A stretch of DNA of 64,000 nt, from assembly GCA_028534125.1 (NCBI GenBank), contig CM052816.1:98706001-98770000 (forward strand), written 5' to 3'. The first letter of the stretch is position 1. Every line of letters begins with the position of its first letter. A program made the translations under genes and the position numbers. Source of the stretch: Lama glama. Lineage: Eukaryota. Under the pieces are notes generated by a model. That model was not told where the DNA came from, made no database searches, and worked only from the letters and a program-made list of their open reading frames with translations. Below are positions 1 to 12,410 of the stretch, in pieces.

Positions 1-2844
1 GTGCTGGAACCATTGGACACCCATACGCCCAAACCCGAGCCTCACACTGTCACCTCCTGGCAGTCGGCCCTCCTGCAGGTGGCTGGCTGACACCCGAGGA
101 GCCTCAGTGGCCGTGGCCCTGGGAGTGGGCCTGTCCCAGAGGGAGGGAGGCCCCAGGACCAGCTTTGCCTCCTAGGGGAGCGACTGAGGCCCTAAGTCAC
201 CCCGCAGGGAGGAAGGAGCCTGCATCACCGCCCAGGGTGCCCAGGCTCACAGACCCCCAGACTCACCTCTGACTCTGGAGCCAACACCAGAGATGTGGGG
301 ACAAGCGGAATGAAGCTCTGACCCTCTGGGTGAATGCAGCAGGAAAGTGTGGAGGCTGGCGAGAAACCGACCAGATGAGATGAACACACAGGTCAATGTG
401 AGCCAAAGGGAACCCAGAGAACCAGTGATCCCGCACCGCTTCTTTGCCCTGGTGGAGCAGTGGAGACCTTGTTCCTGACGTCAGAGAGGGACGTTGAGCA
501 GAACACGATTAAAATCCCCGCCTCTCACCCATGTTCCCCGGGAAAACAGAAAACTCCGCAGGCGGGCTTTACTGAGAACGTGGAGAAGACCCACAGGAAA
601 ACGTGATGACTTAGACACCCTGCTCAGTGACGCTCTCCTCAGACATAACGTGTCAGATGAAACGGCTTTGTCTGCAGCGGGCAAAGGCCTGACTCGAACT
701 CCTGCCAGAAAAGAGAAACAGTTTCCTGAGGCGTAAGAATCGCGATGCGTTGATTTTCTCCAAGAACAAAGTGGCAGTTGATTCCATAAACCCACTTTGC
801 AAATGAAACTTTTAATGAGCCAGAGAACATTAATTTAGTTTTGTAAATTATTATCATTAGAATTGGTCACTAAAATAAAATAAATCCATTATTATTATAA
901 GTTATCATACATTCACTCTTATAGTCCCAGAAAGGACTTACAGTTTGGAAAAATAAAGCCAGAAACACGTCACAAGTCTGTGTTTGGATTCCGGAAAGTG
1001 GAGCTTCGGTTTCCTCACACGGTTCTAGCTGTGAACGTCTTTAAATAAATCAGGTGCCTTGTATGCAGAGGGAATGTAGAACCTAACTGGCCTCAATATT
1101 ATGCTTATATAAAAGGGGCTATGATAACGTGGTGATCTGAACCTCCTTTTTTAATTTAAAGGGCTTTCTTTTACTGCTGTAAACGACCGTCATCTGAGAC
1201 TATTACATAAAAAAGTGGTTTCAGAACAGAAGCAACCCCAAAACACCAAAAGGAAGGCAGTCCTCCATTCACTTGGGATGTGGTGATGCATCAGTTTTTA
1301 TGTGAGGTCAGCGACATGGAAACCCCTGGCCTCAGCAGCTCCATGTTTGTTGAGCAGCTTTGGTGAATCTCTCTTTGAGTCCAAATTCATAAAGGAGTCC
1401 CCCCTTGACAGGGGCCCCTTAATCACCAGGAGTCCTGGAATCAGAATCCGCCACGATGGGCTTGGGGACTGCAGGGCTGAACAGGCTCCGCCTGCCCGTT
1501 AGCCTCCCGCACCACCTGCCCTTACGTCTGGGCCTCGAGATGCCCCCGCTTCCCCGCTCTGCTGCCACCTTCCAGGTGAACATCCCAAACGTAGACTTTT
1601 ATCCTCACGTTTCCCGGCAGCTGAAGTGATAATAAGATTTACGGGACTGCACCTTCTGTGCCCAGTCAGCCCTCTTTGTCAAACAAGTCTGGTGTCCCTG
1701 GAGATGCTTTTGTCTCCTGCACAGACGGAAAGAGCTGGTGGAGACAGAGAAGCGAGCCGACCACAGGGGCGGGATGACCGGGACCAATGGTTGTCTCAAT
1801 TTCCCAGGCTCTGAGCCTCGTGTGTTCAAAATTCATGGAGGTCAACGCATTCTAACAAACACCGCGTATTTCTTTGGCTTAGATTAGAAAAAGCATCTCA
1901 CTTCTTTCCTTGCTACTGCACTGAGCTTTCTGAATCTGCTCAAATGCTTCTCCCTTTATTTAGGCCGAACTGCAGGAGCTGTTCATTTGATGAAGCTGTG
2001 CTTTAAATGTCTAAACTTAGACATTTGGTTTTGCAGAGACCTCGTACAAAGATTTTTGAGCAAGGGGTGGTGGTTGTCTCACAATCCTTTACTCCATTGG
2101 TAATTTTCCAGCAAATACGACCCCGGTCCTGAGCCAAAGCCCGTAGCAGTCACCCCGGTGGGGAGAGATCCTCTGCGGACGCCCCAGACCCCACTCTCCA
2201 TATTCCGCAGAGTGTGGCGCAGCCCCTGCAGAAGGCCCGCTCGGGAAAGCAGGGTTTGTTCAGTACGAACATGTGACATTTAGAGATTTAAAGGTCTTAG
2301 TGCATTTGTATCGGCCGACTTCGAAACACCAAAGCACAGCAGAGCCCGCTGGATCGCTTCTGTTGCCTGGAACTGAATGGTGCACTTGAAATGTCCCCAC
2401 GCCATGTTCCCCACCCTCCGCCTTCCGTCCGCAGCCATCTCCCTCCTCCAAGACGGCTCTCAGCCCACCCACACCCTGCACACACCCCAGCCTTCAGCTG
2501 TTGATCTGCGGGTGAAGCTGCTGCCATTACAAAACCAGGCCCCTTTCTGTCCCCCAGCGAAGGTGCCCTGGGGAGGGAGGACCGGGTGGTCTCTTGTGGG
2601 GGCTTTCTGCCCTTCCTCTGCTGTCCCTTCCTCTTGCTTTGCTTTTTCTGTCCACCTCTTTTTGCCACGTGTGTCCATGGAAGGGCCTGTCTCCCAGGCC
2701 CAAAGTGTGTCCTTAGAGGGGTGACCCTCTGGCTCCTTCCCCTCCACCCAAGCACACTTGTCTCACCCCTCATTGCTTTAGGACCTTGCTCTGTGCAGAA
2801 TAGTCTACTAAAGGAATCCATTGAAAGGTTGAGGCTTAGTGGCT

Positions 2845-2960
2845 GATGGCAGACCCAGGTTTTGGGGGGACTCAAGTACTAGAACTTCAGGGGCTATCTG
2901 TAGGAAAAACAATACAAAATTAGGTATTCAAGTGGCATTTATATAGAGTGAATACAGAAA
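2845..2960. mobile_element. hAT-Tip100 (Arthur1/MER69-like) fragment
   Basis: cccaggttttggggggact...aatacaaaattaggta resembles the family end; related to 60975-61112. Confidence 0.45.
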
Positions 2961-4182
2961 ACCAAGCCTTGATGGTTCGAGCCACTTGCTTCCGAGAGCT
3001 GGTGGAGGGACTTATCAGAAACGTTTCCTGGGAGCCGTTCCCTGACTGCAGCCTGCTCCTCGCTCTGCCCAGAGCGTCCCAGGGTTGCACTGGGGGCCTG
3101 GAGAGCAAGGCTCTGTCAGCCGCACCAGAAGCTGCCCCCTGGCAGCGAACAGTGAGGTTTGCTGGGTTGACCAGAAGTACCTGATTTTGAATCGTGGCTC
3201 CTCCTTCCACTGAGTGATCACCGAGTGCCTAGGAACACGTTTTACCACTTCTGGCCTTTCTGCCTCTGTCGACTGGAGACAGTGCCACCCACTCGTCAGT
3301 CTGTGCTGAGACCATGGGTGCCATTACTTGGTCACGCTTGGCAGTAAACACGTAAGGAATGTTTAACTGTTCGGAACATGCTTGATTATGTAAACTAGGA
3401 GACCGATGTCTCCTGGCACAAAACTGGCATTTCCAAAGTTTCTCCATGGAGTCTCCCCCCACACCAATCTTACTTAAACATGGTAAAAAGGAAGCAACAA
3501 TGGAGAAAACTTCCAGGCAAGATCCACCAATTGTTCTTGAAAACGATTTCGGCATTAAATAAACCAGCATGCCAGAAACCCCTCGTCCGCGTGCACACAG
3601 GGAGCGTGTCTCTGACGGCTCACGAGAGCGAGGAGTAAGGGGATGGTGCCACGAGGCCAGATGCCAGGAACCTGCCCTGGGGCTGCCGACACGGAGGCCC
3701 TCCTCGCCAGGACCCCTGGGGAGTCTGCTCTCTTCCCAGCCTCTGTGCTTACCTCAGTGATTTCCGCTCCTTAGAACAAGAGACTGAACTCCATTCCAGG
3801 TGAAGCATTTGGTGCGTGAGGGTGTGAGTGGAGGTGTCCGCATCTGGGTTTGATTTCAGGTTTTGGTTCTGAAGTTGGGAGTGGAGCTGCCGGTTGCCCC
3901 AGGGCTTGGCGGAGCTGTCAGCACAAGTGCCTGACAAATCAAATAGTGGCACCTGTTGGGAATGTTTGCCGTCTTATCCAATCTGGACCCCGGGGATCCA
4001 CGTACCCAAACCAAGGTGGTGGGAAGAACAGAGGTGGAAGGAGAGGAATGTCTCTGCTCAGCTGTCCAGAGGGGCTCACAGCCTGGCCAGTCTATCGGTT
4101 ACAGTTTGCAGCCTAACCTGAGTGTTTCCCTATCAAGAGCAGAATAGTTTCTCTCAATAAAGTCTGTGTGTAGAAAGTGTCC

Positions 4183-5281
4183 AGAAGAGGACTGAATGTT
4201 ACATCCCCTCAGAGTTCACATATTGAAATCCTAAATCCCAACGTGGTGGTGTTCGCATCAGGAGGCAGAACCTTTGGGAGGTGATGAGGTCATGAGGGTA
4301 GAGTCCTGTGAATGGGATTAATGTACTTATGAAAGAGACCCTAGTGGAAGGTCCTTAAAGAACTGAAAATGGAGTTACCATATGATCCAGCAATCCCACT
4401 TCTGGGCATATATCCAGAGAAAACTATAATTCAAAAAGATACATGCACTCCAATGTTCATAATGGCAGTATTTATAATAGCCAAGACATGGAAGCAATCT
4501 AAACGTTCATCGACAGACGACTGGATCAAGATGTGGTGTGTGATGGAATATTGCTCAGTCATGAAAAAGAATGGAATAATGCCACTTGCAGTAAAATGGG
4601 CAGAGCTACTAAGTGAAGCACTAAGTGAACACTTACAGTGTTTCGGGTGTACAGCAAAATGAGTCAGTTATATGTATATGCATATATATTCTGTTTCAGA
4701 TTCCCTTTCAGAAAGACAAATATCATATGGTATCCCTTATATGTGGACTCCAAAAAAAAAATTGGTATAGATGAACTTATTTAAAAAAAGGAACAGATTC
4801 ACAAATAAAGAAACCAAATTTATGGTTACCAAAGGGGAAAGGGGTGGGGAGATAAATTAAGATTTGGGGATTAATAGATACACACGACTATATGTAAAAC
4901 AGATCAACAACAATGTCCTGCTATACAGCACAATGAACTATACTCAACATCTTGTAATAACCTATCATGGAAAGGAATATGAAAAAGAACATATTCATAT
5001 AACTGACTCATTTTGCTAAGTCTAAAACATTGTAAATCAACTATACTTCAAAAAAGAACCTTAAAAAAAAAAGAAAAGAAAAGAGAGACCCCAGAGAGCT
5101 CTCTCACCCCTTCTGCCCTGCAAAGACACAAGAAAAAGACACCCGCGAAGGAGGCTCCCACCAGACACCAAATCTGTGGGCACCTGATCTTGGACTTCCA
5201 GCCTCCAAACTGTGAGAAATGCATTTCTGTTTTTAATAAGCCAGTGGTAGTCTGTTAGAGCAGCCTCAATGGAGCAAGACG
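4183..5281 (+). mobile_element. MLT1A-like MaLR LTR interrupted by an L1 (LTR parts ~4183-4341 and ~5084-5281)
   Basis: ggactgaatgtt...ctttgggaggtga...aaagagaccc resumes as agagaccccagagagct...ggacttccagcctccaaactgtgagaaat. Confidence 0.8.
4342..5083 (+). mobile_element. 5'-truncated L1 (ORF2 end, 3' UTR, A-tail)
   Basis: ORF 4369 ([15 protein letters not shown]) is the L1 ORF2 C-terminus; A-rich tail; flanking agagaccc duplication. Confidence 0.9.
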
Positions 5282-6900
5282 CAGAGGTAAAGTTTTGTCT
5301 TTTTTGTCTTCCAGGATGATAGTTACAGAAGGAACACGTCTTTGTGCGGAAAGAGAGGAGAGCGCATTTCGCAGAATAACGCGACAGTGTTTTCTCCCAC
5401 CTGCTATTTCAGTTCCCACCTCCCAAAGGGCAGGAAGCCGCTGTCCAGAGCGTCAGGACACCAGCTCAGGCTGCATCGCATCATGCAAAGTGATTTCACT
5501 GCTGTAACTGACCTGAAGAGCCAAACCCACATTTTTTAAAAGGCTGCCCCAAACATCAAAAATCTGAAATACTCATTTCATAGCATTTCCTCCGTTTGTT
5601 TTTTCCTTAGAATATCGGAAAGTGTGGATATTTCATCTTGATGGGACTTGAAAGAAATTACTGCACTGGTCAGGGAAATCAAAATGTTTTGTATTGACTG
5701 GACGTCTTGATTCATGTTCCAGGTCACCTGTCCCTGTCTTTGCACTGACCTGGTACCTCCCGGGACCCTTCAGCTGCACGGGCTGCATAGGGCAGCCCCA
5801 ACCAAAGATTCTATAGGTTCTGCTCACCTGCCTACTTTTCTCGTGACCTGCAGCAAGGTGCAAAGTCTCTCAGTGCCTCCTTGGTGACGCCGTGCTTTAT
5901 GTGTGTGTGTTGTGAGCTGGTTTACTTTGCTTTTAGGTGTCGGTCCATTCCCTGTCCAAAAGTGAGCCTCTGTGTCATTACCAGAGGCTGTTTACATTTT
6001 AAAGAATTTCACTGAGTAGAGTTCACTCCAGATTCATGAAAATGCCATCCTCTTTGTCCAGAAATATGTGTGGCCCCCGCTTGAGAAAAGATCACCAGTT
6101 TTCCTTGCTTGGCATTCCCAAGAGATGACAAAAGTAGCAGAAATGGCATCTTTCTGGACATAAATGTCTCAGATCTGTAGGCTTGATGCACAAGATGGAT
6201 GATTGTGTTTTATATTCTGTAAAGAGCTAAATATTATATATTATGGTCATAAGTTATTTCTAAGAGGACATTCACATGAACACATACAAGTGTATTCATA
6301 ACTATGATTCCCACTCCATTGTTGAAGAATTGGGTTTTTATTTTTAAAATGCACATCAAATTCAGAGACTTTACAAATAATTTGTGATGTCTGAGTAAGG
6401 AATGGCTCCAGAATTTAGCAACGTTGGACTTTAATTCATCATTGCAGGAATGATTGTGGAATTTGGTGAAATGAGTTTCACAGAAAATTAAAACATAATT
6501 TGGGGCCTCAAGTTTCTGATAATTGAGTAATTTAAACCTCTGTGACCTTCACTCCCAAATATTTTGGCCATACTAAACAAAATAAAATGGATTTGCCAGC
6601 AATATCAAGTTTTGAGGATACAATCATCCATCCATCCACCCACTCACCCATCCATCGTTCAGTCCTGTATTTATTTTCAAAATGTTATGAGTTGGGTTCT
6701 CCTTCTGTTGTGGGAAATAATGCAGAGAATTATCTAGCATGAGACATCTCACTTCACCTTGACTTAATTCTTTCTCTCGAGTCAGCCTTGGTTCATTTTC
6801 GAGCCAGAGAGAATACAGAAGAACGGGGGCACCTTGGAGAGTATCCGAAGCCGAGACTGTGCCTGTGGTTGGAGACTTTAGGACTGATAGAGAAACGGGG

Positions 6901-7265
6901 CTGCAGCGGGTGGCATGTTTGCACCCCCCAACTCACATGTTGAACCCCTACTCCCAGTGGGATGGCATTCGGAAGGGGGGCCTTTGGGAGGCAATTAGGA
7001 TTAATGAGATCGTGAGGGTGGGGCTCCCACGGCGGGAGTTGCTGCCCTTTCAAGAAGAGGAAAAGAGCGAGATGGCTCTCTCCATGATGAGTGAGGTCAC
7101 AGAGAGAAGACTGCCCTCTGTGAACCAGGAGGAGCGCTCTGGCCAGAACCCCCCATGCTGGGACCCTGACCCAGACTCCCAGCCTCCAGCGCTGTGAGAA
7201 ACGGATGTCTGCTTCTTCGGCCGCCCGCTCTGTGCGATTTGCTCTAGCCTCCTGGGCCTGAGGCA
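6901..7265 (+). mobile_element. MLT1-family MaLR LTR
   Basis: ctcacatgttgaacccctactcccag...cctttgggaggcaattagg...cagcctccagcgctgtgagaaa. Confidence 0.75.
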
Positions 7266-8574
7266 GGCCAGCAGAACAGGGCTGCTCGACAGGTTGACTC
7301 TTGGAGTCGGGCCACAATCTGGAAAGAAGGTGTGTGTCTGGCCTGAGCCACTAGCGTCTTCTCACTCCACTCAGGACTGAGGACCACTTTGCAATCATGG
7401 GGGCTTGTGGTGGGTCAGTGGGGGCAGCCTGTGCCACTGTTGTGGCCTGATTGGCCACGGGGGAGCCAAATTCTTACCAATGGTAATGGCATCTGAGACA
7501 GCTGCACACGACACTGTTGGTGACGGCTGCAGTCAGAATAGAGGTCAACTCTATAATAAACTGACTGATTGGCAAAATTAGTGCGCCAACATTACAATCA
7601 ACTATAGCTACCAGATGAAGCAATTTATGTTTTCAAGGAAAAAAAACAAAAGACAAAAAAACAAATTGGGCCACGGGGTAAGTCCAGTGTTAAATGCACA
7701 CTTTGATCCAACAGGGCGTAATATTAGTGGTTTATGGCAGGTTAGAGTTCCTTTCAATAAATCAAAGATCTAAAATTAAAGAAATTAAAGGGCTGACTTA
7801 TTTCCAGGCTTCACTGGGCAAGTATTTCTCTTGAGCCATCTAAGATGGAACATAATTTTTAAGGAGCTGAGTCTCTGATTTTCTTAAACACAGGAATATC
7901 AGAGACATGAACAATCACAGGACCTTTTTAAAAATCAGTGGGGTCTCGCCATCCTGTGATTGAGGTGTCACTCCCCAGGGGGCAACCGTGCCAGACAGTG
8001 TTTATTTACTAAAAACTTGAAAGAAGTAAAAGATCACTGGGACGGCCATGATTTTGCAAAGGAGATCACGTGGGAGTGGGGCTGTAGCACGCTGTCCAAA
8101 ACCAATGTTTAGAATAGGATAAAGGAAGCCCCAAAATGCAACAAAATACAAGCCCCGTAGCTTTTTCATTAAGATGTTGATACCGGGAGGAACCCCGTTT
8201 CCTGTCTTTTGAAAGCAGAGCCTTGGCGCTGGAGGAGCCCATCTCTCTTTTGGTCTGAAGCAATCAATCCCTTTCTTCATAGAAGATGTTGGTTGTCCGG
8301 TCGGGGAGCCCATGACTCCTGCCCCGTCCCCAGCCTGAGCGCTGTGTGGGTGGAGAAGGGGCACTCCTGTGACAGTCTGGGGGACTTGGGGTACATGGAT
8401 TAAGCAGCGGAAACTCTGAGCCATGGTGAGCCCCGTTGCAGGCTGGCAAAGAGATGTGCTTCCCCCAGCCTTGCAGAAGCCTTGGTGCACGTGTGGTGGC
8501 TCTTCTGCCCAAAAGCCCAAGAAGCTGCCTTGGGCTGACCCACTCCTCTCCTCCCCAGGAGGAGGCCTGGATTG

Positions 8575-8795
8575 GGGGTTGGTCAGGTGCCATCTGGGGT
8601 CTCAGCCCTGCATTTTCCTGCTGGGGTGACCCTGGGCAGCACTCACACGCTCTCTGCCTCAGGTTCCCTGTCTGTCCAGGTGGAGGCGGTGATGACCCCA
8701 CCCACCACACTCAAAGGATTGTTCTGAAGATTAAATGACAAATTTCACATAAACACTCTGTCCCAGGCTGAGTACCTGTAACGTGTAATATAAAA
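8575..8795 (+). mobile_element. MIR SINE
   Basis: Core gtgaccctgggcag...tctctgcctcaggttccc...aggattgttctgaagattaaatga. Confidence 0.7.
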
Positions 8796-8799
8796 AATA

Positions 8800-9290
8800 A
8801 AGGTTTTTCATCAGGCGGTGCTGGGACCATTGGACACACATATGCCCAAACCCGAGCCTCACACTTTACATCAAAGAACCTCAGGGTGGATCACAGACCC
8901 AACTAGAAAACCCAGTTGTGTAAAACGTCTAGAAGAGAATGTGAGAGAAAATATCTGTGACTTTGGAGGAGGCGAAGACACCTTGGACACAACACCGGAA
9001 GCACAAGTCATAACATGGAAAACTGAACAACTGTGCTTCACCCAAATGGCCAGGTCCTGCCCTGTGAGAGATGCTAAGAGGAGGGAAAGACAGGAAATGT
9101 TTGCAAAACCAGCATCTGATAAAGGGCTCCTGTGCCAAATAATCAAAACTCAAAAATAAGAAAACAATGCATTTTAAAAAGTATAAAAGATGTGGAAAGC
9201 AGATGGAAATTAAGTACATAGAAAAGAGCTCAACATCCTTAGACACCGAGGTGGTGCCAAGGGAGACCGCGATGAGACCCCCCCGCCTTC
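8800..9290 (+). mobile_element. Ancient L1M ORF2 relic
   Basis: tggatcacagaccc...ctagaagagaatgtgagagaaaatatctgtgac...atgtttgcaaaaccagcatctgataaagggct. Confidence 0.7.
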
Positions 9291-9500
9291 CCCCGGAGGG
9301 GCTCGGCGTGGACACCGCAGCCTGGCTCCGCGGCCCTGGGCGCCCCGGTCTGCGCTCAGGGGGCGGCGGGGCCCAGCAGCGCGCGCGGGCGGAGCGGGTC
9401 CTGGGCGGCAAGGCCACGCCCGGGAGGAGAGGGCGTCCCTGGCAGAGAGTCTGAGCGCTGCCGCCCGCGGCACATTCCTCAGGAAGGCAGCAGTGAGAGA
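9245..9500. promoter_or_regulatory. Small orphan CpG-rich island
   Basis: Dense CpG and GC-box-like sequence (gggcggcggg, gcgcgcgcgggcggagcggg) with no gene start seen nearby. Confidence 0.5.
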
Positions 9501-10710
9501 CGTCAGCGGTTCACCAGACAACTCAAATTTTGTCCACCACGCGCCATATGACAGGCACTCGAAGGGTTGCAGCTCAGCTGTGAAGAACTAAGAGGCAGCA
9601 TTGATTTTCTAAAATCCGCATCGTGTTGTGTGAATTTCATGGCCCCTGTGTACTAACTCGGATGCTTTATCAGCGCACTTGCAAATACCTGAAATTCAGG
9701 CAAAAATAATCTGGCCACAAAATTAAATTCTGAGGAAGCGAGGAAGTCTGTTTCTCTTGTGCCCTCAGATGTCTGGCCTCGAGACCAGCTCCAGGGCTTG
9801 GCAGGCAGCTCCCCGGAGCAGAGCTGCGTCGGACCAGACGATTGTGGGTGCACCGTGAAGACAGCACGAGGGTGCGAATCTGTCCTTTGCAGAAGCAGGT
9901 ACAGTTTATAGCGGCCTGCGTCACAACGTGAGCGCACACAGAAGCCCCGCGGACAGAGCGGGCAGAGGGTGAGGCTGATGCCAGCAGCCCCCGGGTGATA
10001 CACAGTTCCAGCCCCACACCCTCCGCACAGAGGCCCCGGGCAAAGAATACCCTTCTGGAGCTGCTGGCTCCCTTCTCTCTTTCTTTGGGAGATTCTGCAC
10101 ATCCGGTACCAATTCTGCAAGTTTATTTTTTGAATGGAGGAAGAGTCTTGACATGCACAAAATTGCAATCACAAAATACTTTTTAAAACGCTGGAAGGAA
10201 ATACACAAAAAGCTTAATAATGATTATTTCCAGCTGGTGGGATCAGTGAAGCTCTTCCTTCCTTCCTTCCTTTCTTCCTTATCCCCTCAACACCCCCCCC
10301 CGCCCCAGTACTTTCCAATCCGCCTACAGTGAGTATGTGATAATTTCCTAATTAGGGAGAAAGTGAAGTGGGCTGCGTTTTTTGGCAGGCTCTCCTTCAA
10401 GTAGGTGAACACCCCAGGGGGAGACTAGGTCACATCAGGCAGACCCTGCCAGAGAGCGAGGCTTCCTGGTGGGATTGGGGCTGTTAACGAGGACATTCAG
10501 CATCGCTCCAAACAAACGGGTGTTTTGCATGAAAGATTCTCCAAGGAGTCATTTCCCTAAAGGGGAACCAGTGAAAATGTCTTCAAGGAAAGAAGATGTT
10601 AGCTCTCGTTTTGTTTTGTTTTGTTTTTATTGAGTAAATTGTGAATTCTGCATCCATGCTTAATCACATTTGCATCTCACAAACACAATTAAGGTGGTTT
10701 AGCAACAATG

Positions 10711-10734
10711 GAGAGAGAGAGAGAGAGAGAGAGA
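10711..10734. repeat. (GA)12 microsatellite
   Basis: Direct inspection. Confidence 0.95.
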
Positions 10735-11614
10735 CCCGAATGGAAGAGACACCTGAGTTTAGCAAATATTGAAGCTGCATGTTTTGCATCCCAAGGTGAT
10801 GGTAACTTTCTGTAAAATGCCTGAGCAGGGCATCCGTCCAAACAAGCTCGCACGTGGAGTGAGGGGCCAAGCTCGTTTTCATGCCCTGGACCGTTCAGTC
10901 CCGCGGGGCAGGCCACCGCACTTGCTGCCTCTTATCCCCGGAAGAGGGCGTGGCATCCCGTCCTTCCCAGGTCACTTGGTATCTCTGAGGATCAAATGAG
11001 CCAAAGCGGGTAAAATGATTTTGTAAACGTTTTGCAGTGCATACACACTGGCAATGGCAAATGCCTGGCCGAAATGAGCCGGACCCTGTGACACACTGAG
11101 TCTTGCTACGCTTGATTTTAAGGTGTGGATTTTTAAAGTGCTTTGAGGGACCTCCCGTGCATCCATGGTCTTCCCACTCAACAACTCTCCAGAATCCTCT
11201 GTTGGGTCTTGGGACCTGTACTGTTTAGCAAAGAGGGCATTTGCTGTGCCCGTGGAGAGCAAGCTGCCCTGGCCTCTCACTCCAAGCAAGTGTCTTGATT
11301 TTCTTAGAATCCAGTGAGTGGGAGTTTCCCGAGTAAATGAAATGAAGCTAGTGGCAACGTCTAATGTTTCTATGACTGTATTTTCCTAATGCCCAAACCA
11401 CGGGGTATCAGTAGAAACTCGTTTTCCTGGCATTCGATGGACCAACAGAGTTTAACCCCAAGAAGTTTAGACGCAGGTGCAGCCAGGGAGGAAGTTTCAT
11501 GTCAAAACGGCAACTAACAAAAAGCCGTCCTCTTACGGCTTGTCCCAGCTGGTCTTCAACTTGAGCTGACGGCTTTGCCCTTGCTACTGCAACACCCCGC
11601 CAGGGTCACACGAG

Positions 11615-12005
11615 GTAGCGCTTGGTGAGCCCCCACCAGGTGCCAGGCAGGCTCAGGCACCACCAGGATCAGCTCGTCACTCTCAAGGCAACCCCTCGGG
11701 GAGGGTACTGTCCTCATGCCCACTTTATACACCAGGACGGGTGCCCTCATATCTGGCCCTACGATCCTGCTTTCCATCTGGGGAGGGGCTGCCCCCACTG
11801 GCTGTGCACCTACGACTGTCCTGGCGGGACATTCCCTCCGCGAGTCCAGCTTCTGTCTCCTGTGATGAGCACATTAAGTCCTCTTTGTCTTTAAACCATC
11901 ATAAAGGTTTCCATTATCCTGGTTGGACCCTGTCTGACATACAGAAGAAACCTGGGCACAGAGATGCTAAGTAACTTGCCCAAAGTCACACAGCTAACGT
12001 TCAGC
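11615..12005 (-). mobile_element. MIR fragments
   Basis: gggcacagagatgctaagtaacttgcccaaagtcacacagcta is the reverse MIR core; an upstream piece lies near 11615-11745. Confidence 0.6.
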
Positions 12006-12014
12006 AGATCTAAG

Positions 12015-12328
12015 ATTTGCCTCATTACGTGGGCGTAACTGATTAAGTCATTGGCCATCAATTCAACCTCCAGCTCCTCTCCCATCCGCAAAGGTCAGGA
12101 GAGTGGGACTGAAAGTTCCAACCCTTCAATCACTTGGTAGTTTCCCTTGACAACCACCCCCCAAACTTAGGTTGCCAAGGGGCTTTCCAGAAGTTTCCTC
12201 ATTGACATATAACAAAGCACACACATTGCTCCCATCACTTAGGAAATTCTAAGGGTTTTAGGAGCTCTGAGCTAAGACCAGGATGAAGATCAAATATATA
12301 TTTCTTGTTATAAATAAAAATATCACAG
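12015..12328. mobile_element. MER21-like ERV LTR fragment
   Basis: gattaagtcattggcc...gggactgaaagttccaaccc...ggaaattctaagggttttaggagctctg...aaatatatatttctt. Confidence 0.7.
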
Positions 12329-12410
12329 TTCTATTTAAAATTAGATTATTCAAGTATTTAAAACTTTAGTCTCAGACCAACCAAAAAAAAAAAAAAGAAT
12401 CTAAGAAAGG

